From Ylistrum balloti (taxonomy: Eukaryota), in the NCBI RefSeq assembly GCF_031769215.1, contig NW_026782093.1:186001-250000 (forward strand): a stretch of DNA of 64,000 nt. Direction: 5' to 3'. Positions 20,638-32,600 of this stretch are shown here, one piece after another. Position numbers and translations under genes: made by a program. Positions within the stretch are counted from its first letter, which is position 1. The number at the start of each line of letters is the position of its first letter. The notes beneath the pieces are model-generated. The model saw nothing but the letters and a program-made list of their open reading frames with translations, did no database searches and was not told the origin of the DNA.

Positions 20638-23600
20638 ATGGAAGATAGCGATATAAACAAGAATTATGCACGAGATCTTCAACAAGTACGTGTACGAGAA
20701 ATTTTGAACAAAGAACAGATCAAACTATGGCTGCCACCATACACCAACGAGGATGGTAGCAAAGGGGATTCACCAAATGTAAGAATATAGAGACAAATAA
20801 GAATGTATTACTTTTTAGCTCACATGGCCCTCACTGGGCAGATGAGTTTATGCCATGGCAAGCACCTGTCCATCCATCTGTGGTCCGTCTGTGCAGTATT
20901 AACTTTTCTATTTAAATAACCCCTTCTCAATAACCAGTGGACCAAAAGTCATGGCTGGTGGTTCGCTGGAATGAAGTCTGACAAAGTTTGCGAAAAGAAA
21001 TGACCTTGACCTCTGGTCAGGGTCACAGTGGTCAGATTTGTTAAAACATTTAAACACTTCTTCTTACTAACCATAAGGTACAGAAGCACTGTATTTGGCT
21101 GATAGGTTTATAGGATGAAGCCCAACAAATTTTGTGAAAAGAAATTATCTTGACCCTTATTCAAGGTCACAGGGGTCAAATATGTTAAAACCTTGAAACA
21201 ACTTCTTTTGAAATACCATAAAGCATAGAAGTATGGTATTTGCCTGATAGGTTCCTAGAATGAAGCCAGACAATGTTTGCAAAAAGAATTGTCCTTGACC
21301 CATATTGAAGGTCATGGGGATAAAATGTTTTGAAACCTGTTAAAGATTTCTTTTTGTAAACCAAAAGTCCCAGAAGCAGGTGGATTTGGTGGAAAGGTAT
21401 TTATAGTTCAATGCCCAACAAATTTCAGGAAGAAAAATGGCATTTAACTTACATACAGGTCACAAATGACACTGTTTAGAGATGAGTATTAGAAGCTCTT
21501 TGTTGTGGAAATTGGTTAAGAATTGCTTGAATGTCTCCACTTTAAAATGCCAATGGTGTATATGTCAATATATTTGTGATATTAACACTGATTTTGTTTT
21601 TGATGAACATTGATTTCCAGATGAGCTATGCAGGTCCATTGGGCCTCTTGTTTCCAAATCTGATTTGACTTTTACTTGGATGCTTATTATATGCTGAAAA
21701 ATGAAATAAAGTTGATATTGAAAGTTAGATTACATTATGACATCCATTACTGAAATTTATTTCAAAATTTCATCACATGCCTAATTTTGCAAGAAGTCAG
21801 TACATTTATATGCCTAATCTCTCTGTTGTTGTAACGTCACAGGATCTGATTGCAAGATATGCTCAAGCCTTGCAACTTACGGAAGAAGTAGTCTCTGGAA
21901 TTTTAGAAAATCTAAGAGTTCATGCACTGCAAAAGCTTGCAGAACGAGAGAAATACAAGAAATCAGGACTAGCTTCAGTGAAAGTTAAAATGACTGGCCA
22001 TCCAACAAGTGCAAACAAGGTGAGAAAAAAAATCAATTTATTCACTCTTAAGGGCTACACCTGTATCTATATCTACATTGTAAAGACATAGATGTGTTCA
22101 GCCTTATAACTTTAATATTAAGAACAGTGTATGCTTATCTATGCAGAAAAGGGACCCACTTAAATACTAAAGGGAAAAATTTAATTTGAAAATGGCAGTG
22201 TTCAGACATTAGATATTAATGATAGTACAACTACTTGAATAATTCAAAGATATTAACAGACTGAATTTTGCTGTAGTAGGTGAAGGGTATTAGTCCGGGC
22301 CCATAAATTGCATTAGCTGAAGCTGTCCACTGCAGGACCAGTCAGTAGAAGAAAATGTTCAAGTATTTGTTTTTTTTTGAAAATTGGTTTAAGTAGATTC
22401 CATATGCATGTAGTTCTAGACACACTTTGAATGTCATTCACCACAGAAAATGAGAAAATATCAACATGTGAATATAATTATCATCCAAATTCAAATTCAA
22501 TAAAACTAGGGTAAGATTGGAACAAAAGAAAGATTTACATAGCGAATCCTGAAAAAGTACAAGGATTAGGTGTTCCGGAAGAGCAAGCATTTTGTGCTTC
22601 CTCAACGACACCTGCCAAATAACTTGGACAACGTATACAAAAATGTAACCAACAGGTAAAAGTTAAGAGCATCAAACACATCCAGCTTGATATTGCACAA
22701 AGGATATCAAGTAGAATAGTACTCAATGAGATTAGTATAGAACCATAGAAACTTTATCATAATTCTCATCAACCTGCATCTTTTGAAACTCTGTTTTTTG
22801 AGGTTGTCTGTCAGTTGATGACATCTTGCTCAAAAAATGGTGATGTTGTAAAAAGGCTCTTGAATATGAAATTCACAGAGACATGTAAAAAAACCTAAGT
22901 TGGGAATGCAGGGTGATGCTGTCTATAAATGGAAAATTCACAATTGAGAAATTAAAATCAGTACGCTTATCATGCAGCTTGGTGGAGGACTGTCAATGTT
23001 GGTTTCATTGTGGGCAATTTCAAGATAAGCAGTTGATTTAAAAGAGTAAAAGAATCTGTCATGTCCTTGATGGTAGGTAATATGATGGATGTGGTCAACA
23101 GATCTCTTGTTGTTTAAGAGGAAATGTCATTGATATACCTGAGAGTGAAATAGAAGGACTTTCCAAGGTCTTCGTGACCTGTTTTGATAAGCTCTTCAAT
23201 AAGTTTAGCCTCACATGAAAACAAACAGAGGATATGTGATGTCAATATATTTGTGAAAAAGCATTGATCACCTGACTAGCAATGTAGGTCTAGCGCCCAA
23301 TTGTCAGTAATGTAGGTCCATTGCTCTTATCAGCATTGTAGGTCCAGTGTTCTCATCTTTGATGACTGTACCCAACAAATGTGTTTAATTTCTGGAGATG
23401 GAAAAACACTCATACTGCTGGCTACATATGGCCATTTTTTACAACTAATTGTAGGTGATCCACTGTTTGATGATGACACAGCAGTCACAGTATTTTCATC
23501 AGCATTTTTATTAGTGATACACATGCAGTAGTGAAATCCAAATACAACACAAATATTTTTCCAATACAGACTCAGAATATTGTACTTGAGATCAGTCTTG

Positions 23601-26600
23601 ATGACTTGGGAAAGCAGTTAAGGGACATGCTGTCACAACAGGTGGAACTACCGGCTGACCAGCTTAAACTCATCTGTCAGGGTTGTGTGATTACTGATGA
23701 GAGACCTCTTCAATCACAAGGAGTGAAGGTATTGAAAAATCAAGATATTAGAAAATTAATTTTCTTCTGAAAAAGATCTAGGAGGTTTCCATTCTAGGAT
23801 TTTGTTATCACTATTTCTTGAAAAGCACATATTCAGGATTAATCTATCAGAAATTTCATATGTATGTTGCTCTTTCATTTGGTCCATTGTTGTGCATTTC
23901 CCATATTTTGACAGATTGGTATACAAAATGGCCGACAGGCAGTCATCTTGGATCTTGATTTTCATGCTTATCAAAATTTTGTTAGGGGTAATGGATGGAT
24001 GGTTTTCAAATTTAATTCACAGCAAATAAGAAGAAAGAATTAGAGAAAGGAAGAGTTTAGATCCATATTATAAGGAACTGATCAAGATCCTTCAGTGGTA
24101 GGCAAACCTTGTGGTATCAGTTGTTAAACATTCATATTTTTTCAAAGTGCATTTAAAGGTGCTATTCACTTGGTACAATTTCTTAAATGACAAAGTAGAA
24201 TGAAGGAGAGTTTTCATGCTTGATTCAAACAACATTTTCAGCATGGTAGCCAGATAATGGCACTGTGCCTTTCTGTGAGTCAAACTCAGGCTGTTAAGCA
24301 ACAGGAAGATGTCACCAGGATGATTGACACCAGAAAGGCAGCAGAACTTCTCTCAGAAAAAGCAGAGACAGGTAATGTTACACTATCATAACTGTAAATA
24401 TAGACCTCCTTGATGATAAAGGGAATTAAATCTTGTAATTAATAAAATCCTTTACCCCTGGAGGTTGAGATAGGGAGACAGTATAGTTTTGAACTTTATT
24501 CAATGGTTTTTCCTATTTAAATGATTAATTCATCTGCCAAATGTAATGAAAAATATCAAACTTACATGCAATGAAAAAAAATTGTACAAAGATGGAATGT
24601 ATGAGATGCCAGGATGACTTAAATCTCCTTCATTTTTTGCATTTCTCAAATGATAAGAACTTATGTTTGTTTTGTAGATGACTATGATATCCAGATTGCA
24701 GACCAATCAGGAAGGCCACTTGCTATACCAGCGGTAGAAAAAAAGGTGAACACTGAACACTCCCAAAATCATGTGCCTTTCATTCTTTTGTGATTTGTAG
24801 ATTGTGATGGTTCATATCTCCTGATGCAAAACCATAAATATCCCATAAGCTTAGATATATTATTTTTGTGCTGTCTGCCTGTACTTCTGTCTGTCAGACG
24901 AAATACCTGGTATTGGATTTCTTTGCGATACTGTTTGTTCTTATCAGATAATCCCAGAGGAAAAAAAGGTACATTTTAGGAACCAAAGGCATTCGTCATC
25001 CATCTGTGGTCTGTCAAATTTCCTTATAAATCGCTACTATATTCATGAAAGGCTGAGCGGATTTTAACCAAATTTGGTTTGAAACATCCTAGGGGGAAAT
25101 GACAGTATTTTTTTTAGTATAAAATGTGGGTCTTTGGTAGGTAGTATACAGACAGACATTTAACTACATGTAGGTAATGTAGAGACAAATGTTTAACTGA
25201 TGTAGGTCATGTAGGGACAAATGTTTAACTACATGTAGGTAATGTAGGGGCAAATGTTTAACTGATGTAGGTTATGTAGGGACATATGTTTAACTACATG
25301 TAGGTAATGTAGAGACAAATGTTTAACTGATGTAGGTCATGTAGGGACAAATGTTTAACTACATGTAGGTAATGTAGAGACAAATGTTTAACTGATGTAG
25401 GTCATGTAGGGACAAATGTTGAACTACATGTAGGTAATGTAGGGGCAAATGTTTAACTGATGTAGGTTATGTAGGGACACATGTTTAACTACATGTAGGT
25501 AATGTAGAGACAAATGTTTAACTGATGTAGGTAATGTAGAGACAAATGTTTAACTGATGTAGGTAATGTAGAGACAAATGTTTAACTGATGTAGGTAATG
25601 TAGAGACAAATGTTTAGCTACATAGACAAATGTTTAACTACATGTAGGTAATGTAGAGACAAATGTTTAACTACATGTAGGTAATGTAGGGACAAATGTT
25701 TAATTACATGTAGGTAATGTAGGGACAAATGTTTAACTACATGTAGGTAATGTAGAGACAAAAAATGATTAGAATCTGAGAATTATACAGTTTTTTGTGT
25801 TTTACGTCATAGAATTTGTATATTTATAAGAAATAGAAAGACATTACAGCTATACATTATAAATACTACACGTTAGAATAGTAAAGTTTAGCAATTGACT
25901 TGAGTGAAAGGTAGTGACAATTAATCAGGATTATGGTTTTCACATAGGCCCTGACATTGGCAATCACTTTACATGAGAAAGGCAGGGCAGCAATGAAAAA
26001 GAAGGAGAATGGCCAAGCACTACTGCTGTTATTGGAGGCTGACAAGGAATTCAGGTTAGGTTTCATTTTTCTTATTTTATTCAGTTAATTTATTTCTGTC
26101 AGGTTTGATGTATGGTATATCTATTATAAGTGTTTAGTTGTCTCACTTTCTGTAACCATCATGGTGATCTGTAGACTTGTAAATTCTCATTTCAAATGAA
26201 CAATGAAAGAATTAAGATTACATATTGGTTTTCTATACATGGGGTTTGGGTACAGAGAGTTAAAAGGTTCTCTATACATGGGGTTTGGGTACAGAGAGTT
26301 AAAAGGTTCTCTATACATGGGGTTTGGGTACAGAGAGTTAAAAGGTTTTCTATACATTGGGTTTGGGTACAGAGAGTTAAAAGGTTCTCTATACATGGGG
26401 TTTGGGTACAGAGAGTTAAAAGGTTCTCTATACATGGGGTTTGGGTACAGAGAGTTAAAAGGTTCACTATACATGGGGTTTGGGTACAGAGAGTTAAAAG
26501 GTTTTCTACACATTGGGTTTGGGTATAGAGAGTTAAAAGTTTCTCTATACATGGGGTTTGGGTACAGAGAGTTAAAAGGTTTTCTACACATTGGTTTGGG

Positions 26601-29600
26601 TACAGAGAGTTAAAAGGTTCTCTATACATGGGGTTTGGGTACAGAGAGTTAAAAGGTTCTGTATACATGGGGTTTGGGTACAGAGAGTTAAAAGGTTTTC
26701 TATACATGGGGTTTGGGTACAGAGAGTTAAAAGGTTTTCTATACATTGGGTTTGGGTACAGAGAGTTAAAAGGTTCTGTATACATGGGGTTTGGGTACAG
26801 AGAGTTAAAAGGTTCTCTATACATGGGGTTTGGGTACAGAGAGTTAAAAGGTTCTCTATACATGGGGTTTGGGTACAGAGAGTTAAAAGGTTCTCTATAC
26901 ATGGGGTTTGGGTACAGAGAGTTAAAAGGTTCTCTATACATGGGGTTTGGGTATAGAGAGTTAAAAGGTTTTCTACACATGGGGTTTGGGTACAGAGAGT
27001 TAAAAGGTTCTCTATACACGGGGTTTGGGTACAGAGAGTTAAAAGGTTCTCTATACATGGGGTTTGGGTACAGAGAGTTAAAAGGTTTTCTACACATGGG
27101 GTTTGGGTACAGAGAGTTAAAAGGTTTTCTATACATGGGGTTTGGGTACAGAGAGTTAAAAGGTTCTCTATACATGGGGTTTGGGTACAGAGAGTTAAAA
27201 GGTTCTCTATACATGGGGTTTGGGTACAGAGAGTTAAAAGGTTTTCTATACATGGGGTTTGGGTACAGAGAGTTAAAAGGTTCTCTATACATGGGGTTTG
27301 GGTACAGAGAGTTAAAAGGTTTTCTATACATGTGGTTTGGGTACAGAGAGTTAAAAGGTTTTCTACACATTGGGTTTGGGTACAGAGAGTTAAAAGGTTT
27401 TCTACACATTGGGTTTGGGTACAGAGAGTTAAAAGGTTTTCTACACATTGGGTTTGGGTACAGAGAGTTAAAAGGTTTTCTATACATGGGGTTTGGGTAC
27501 AGAGAGTTAAAAGCTTTTCTATACATGTGGTTTGGGTACAGAGAGTTAAAAGGTTCTCTATACATGGGGTTTGGGTACAGAGAGTTAAAAGGTTCTCTAC
27601 ACATTGGGTTTGGGTACAGAGAGTTAAAAGGTTTTCTACACATTGGGTTTGGGTACAGAGAGTTAAAAGGTTTTCTATACATGGGGTTTGGGTACAGAGA
27701 GTTAAAAGGTTCTCTATACGTGGGGTTTGGGTACAGAGAGTTAAAAGGTTCTCTACACATTGGGTTTGGGTACAGAGAGTTAAAAGGTTTTCTATACATG
27801 GGGTTTGGGTACAGAGAGTTAAAAGGTTTTCTATACATGGGGTTTGGGTACAGAGAGTTAAAAGGTTCACTATACGTGGGGTTAGGGTATAGAGAGTTAA
27901 AAGGTTTTCTACACATTGGGTTTGGGTATAGAGAGTTAAAAGGTTCTCTATACACGGGGTTTGGGTACAGAGAGTTAAAAGGTTCTGTATACATGGGGTT
28001 TGGGTACAGAGAGTTAAAAGGTTTTCTACACATTGGGTTTGGGTACAGAGAGTTAAAAGGTTCTCTATACACGGGGTTTGGGTATAGAGAGTTAAAAGGT
28101 TCTGTATACATGGGGTTTGGGTACAGAGAGTTAAAAGGTTTTCTACACATTGGGTTTGGGTACAGAGAGTTAAAAGGTTTTCTACACATTGGGTTTGGGT
28201 ATAGAGAGTTAAAAGGTTTTCTACACATTGGGTTTGGGTACAGAGAGTTAAAAGGTTTTCTACACATTGGGTTTGGGTACAGAGAGTTAAAAGGTTTTCT
28301 ACACATTGGGTTTGGGTACAGAGAGTTAAAAGGTTTTCTACACATTGGGTTTGGGTACAGAGAGTTAAAAGGTTCTCTATACATGGGGTTTGGGTACAGA
28401 GAGTTAAAAGGTTTTCTACACATTGGGTTTGGGTATAGGGAGTTAAAAGGTTTTCTACACATTGGGTTTGGGTACAGAGAGTTAAAAGGTTTTCTACACA
28501 TTGGGTTTGGGTACAGAGAGTTAAAAGGTTTTCTATACATGGGGTTTGGGTATAGAGAGTTAAAAGGTTCTGTATACATGGGGTTTGGGTATAGAGAGTT
28601 AAAAGGTTTTCTATACATGGGGTTTGGGTATAGAGAGTTAAAAGGTTCTCTACCCTCCATTTATCTTCTGCCTTTAAAACTTATCTGTCCAAATCCTTAA
28701 TCTTAAGGCGTTTTTTAAAGAAAGTTTTTGCTTTAATTGATACTGAACTACTCTCTGATGATTTGAATCCAAGAATCTTATTAGGAATACTTGCATGGCA
28801 TTCTTTTTAGGTCAAGAGGCCAAAATGTCAAGGTCACTGTTACAAAATGTAATATAAATAGAGAATTGGTCCCACAATAAGTTAACATTGTGTTTTGCAT
28901 TGTATTTGTCTGTCTATTTTGTCTGGACTCTTTCTCCTTTACTTCTTGTCACTCTGTCTTTCATTTTGACCTTTGACCTACATTTTAGCTAAAAGATTGT
29001 ACACTCTCTCCATCTCCTTCATTACTTGTCAATCAGCTTCATGGCATTTTCCCTTTGTGCAACGTAATACCAGTTCTATTTTGGGAGTGATTAGACAAAT
29101 GAAATAGTTTTGAAGTAGAAACTTGAATCTATCATTATAAGTTATATCTCAGCTTCTGCAGAAGAATGTTCCAATCTCGTATGATTAAGAGCAAAAACAG
29201 AGGAGGAAAGAGAAAAAAGCAGTTAAAGATCAAATAATGGTGGGCGCTAAGATTTCACTTTTTCTGCTTCTTAGAAGGAAAAGAAAGTCAAAGGGTCAAA
29301 AATCACATTTGATAACTTTTGTGAATTCATCAAACAATGATACTTATATGTAGGGGAGCAGGACATTCATGTTAAGGCTTGTCACACTTAAAAAACTAGG
29401 CCTGATGTACTCTTACAGAAAGTGTCGATCCGACATCTTGAATGCTGTAGACAACTATGCAGTCCTGTGTTTAGATATTGTCTGGTGTTATCTCTGTCTT
29501 CGAAATATTGAGGATCTTCCTGATGCAGGTAAGAATGGCTCAGATTAAATATTGAGGATCTACCTGATGCAGGTAAGAATAGCTCAGATGAAATATTGAG

Positions 29601-32600
29601 GATCTACCTGATGCAGGTAAGAATAGCTCAGATGAAATATTGAGGATCTACCTGATGCAGGTAAGAATAGCTCAGATGAAATATTGAGGATCTACCTGAT
29701 GCAGGTAAGAATAGCTCAGAGTAAATATTTAGGATCTACCTGATGCAGGTAAGAATAGCTCAGGTGAAATATTTGATGTATCATCAGGATGACAAATTCA
29801 CAAATTTTTTGGCCTAAAGTACATGAAATGCGAGGCCTATACTATAAATAGCAGATGTACATTATGACATACACAATTTCAACTTACTCCGCAGTTGTTG
29901 TGATTGATTCCCTAACTTGAATTTCCCTACTGCGCAATCACTGTGCATACTTCCTGGTATCCAGCGAAGGAGTAAACAAATCCTCTATTCTACCTACGAA
30001 TCTGAACAGCGTTGGCTCTATCATCAAAATCCAAATATGAAAATGTATACCAAGGATATGTTAAATTGTGTTGACTTTGCAGTTTTTTTACTGAATAATA
30101 CTTTCAATAGCATTAAATTTCACTTTCCAGCTAGAGATTATTAAACTATGTTATATCTCTTATTGGCCTATTTAAGGTCACAGGGGTCAAATTTGTTAAA
30201 ACAGTGAAAACACATCTTCTTACTAACCAAGAAGCATGATATTTGGCTGATAGGTTCTTAGGATGAAGTCTGTCAAAGTTTGTGAAAAGGAATGACCTTG
30301 ATTCAGTTTGAAGGTTACAGGGATCAAATTTGTTGAAACCTGTAAAAGACTTCTTCTAGTAAACCAAAATTCTGAGAAATAGGATGTTTGATGGAAAGTG
30401 TTTCTTGGTCAAAGCCCAACAAATTACATGAAAAAAGAAATTGCATTTACTTAAGTCAAGGTCATAATTGTCACTGTTTAGAGTTTAGTATTAGAAGCTG
30501 TTTGTTGTAGAGGTTGGTTAATATTCATTGAATGTGCCCACTGCGATTGCCAATGATGTACATGTCAAAATATTCTTTGTTGAACATTGATTACCAGGTG
30601 AGCAATGCAGGTCCATTGGGCCTCTTGTTGTTGGAAAAGTTCCGTATATTTTTACTATATACACTGCTGAAAAGCCGGAAGATTGTTTCCAGTAATTGTT
30701 TCACAGCCTGTACTGCTGATTACAGCAATTAGTCTTTATGTTACAGTCAGATGAGTGTTAAGACCTATCAGTCCCTTGTTTATTGTCTTTCAGATAGTCG
30801 ACTACATGCGAGTGAGGAGTGTTTCCAGAGGACCTATGGGAACAACATGGAACGACTTTTAGCAGTGAAAGTATGTTTGAGATTTTAAGATGGAAACTGA
30901 AATTTTATTTGTTAGACATAATCAAATATTTAGCTCATGTCTGGGCCAATTTTAAATTGGAAGAACATGGCATTCTAACAACAAAACACTTGTAGGTCTT
31001 CATTGAGAAACATCCCTTTAAAATGGTTCAAAACAACATTTTTTAGGTCACCTTAGATGACATTAGAATGAAAATTTGGTTTTTGAAAGGTGAAACTTTT
31101 CTGTATCAACTTCAGTTTCTCAGACTGTAAGAATTAAGCAATATGGCAATTGAACTACAAACTGTGTAACCCTTACTTCAAAGGAGTGTGTGAGAAATTT
31201 TAATGGCATGACTGTTGTTTGTAGGGAGGTTCTGGAACAGAGCTGGCCTTGATGATGAGGTTACACCTTTTGCAAGGAATAGTGGCCTTTCATCAACATA
31301 GGATACAGGAAGCTGCCAGATTGCTGCAGAAGGTATAGTAGTAGTTGAATTCAAAAAACACATTTAATAAGGAGTGTATAGTAATTGTTCCCCTATCACA
31401 TTTTTAGGTCACCCAAGACAATGTTTCATGGTGATCTATTGCAATTGCATTTTGTCTGGGATCTTGATTCGTAAACTTTTCAACTTCTTCTCAGAAACAC
31501 CTGAACTGATTTTAATGAAATTTAACAGAAACCTACCTTGGTCAAAAAGTGTCAAATTTATTGAAACATCAAAGATCCTCTTCTCAATACATATGATAGA
31601 TTTAAAATACTTTTTATGGATGGAAAAGCCTTATGATGCTTTACCAAAACTGTAAGTAACAATTACAAGATTGTTTATGTGATATGTTGCTAAGAAGAAC
31701 AACAGCATTGTAATTCAGGTGACTGTTAAGACCCTTGGGTCTCTTGTATATTTTATATATAGATAGAGTGGCCTTGTATCTTAAAGTTTATAGATTAAGT
31801 GGCCCTGTAATTTCAATGGCCTTAAAGTTTATAGGCTGAGTGACCCTTTAGCCCAAAGTTTATAGATATAGTGGCCTTTATAGTTTAAAGTCTATAAATA
31901 CAGTGCCCCAGCTTGTAGTCTGAAGTGTATAGATATCGTGCCTTTGTGGTATTAAGTGTATACATTAAATTGACATCGATTCATTATTGTGTATTATAAT
32001 GTGTTGTTTTGAATGATTTTACAAACATTTCCTCTCGGGAAAGTGTTTTAATACAGATGTCTATAGCACTCTATTCATATTTTTTTTTACAAATTGATGT
32101 CACCCAATCTTAAGTAGGAACATTATTATCTCCCTTGATGTATGTTACTTCATGATGTGGTAGCCAAAATGTTAAATAAATTTATCACTTGAAGATGACT
32201 TTTTATACCTGAAAATGTTTGCAAGCCGCAGCCTTTGTCTTGTTGGATTTAAATTTCAATTACCTAATTATTATATAAAGCATCCATGAGTTTCACTCTG
32301 TAGATATACATGACCTTTACCGTACAACATTCCGGTGTAGTTTTGAGAGTACAGAATAACTTCCTGTTCCACTAGTACCTTACACCTTTTATTTTACCAA
32401 TAAATATTTTACAACTATTGATGAATGTTCAGCAATGAAGAACCTCCATTAATAAGACAGAACTTTGGAGAAGAAAAAAGTATTTAAAAACTTAATGGCA
32501 TTTGTAATAACTTTTCACGTTCTGTTTATTCAGGCTGAAGAAGAGCTAAAAAGGTTGAATGTTGATGGAGACAAACTTGCTCAAGGTTAGAGTCATTGTT

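Noticed and set aside
27875-27886. TTAGGG telomere-like hexamer in the 39-bp array
   Set aside because: A single point variant of TTTGGG, not a telomeric tract.
26187-28700. ORFs of 822, 690, 428 aa and others with 13-aa periodicity
   Set aside because: They arise from a stop-free 39-bp unit, are open on both strands, lie inside a NUB1 intron, and have no unique protein context.
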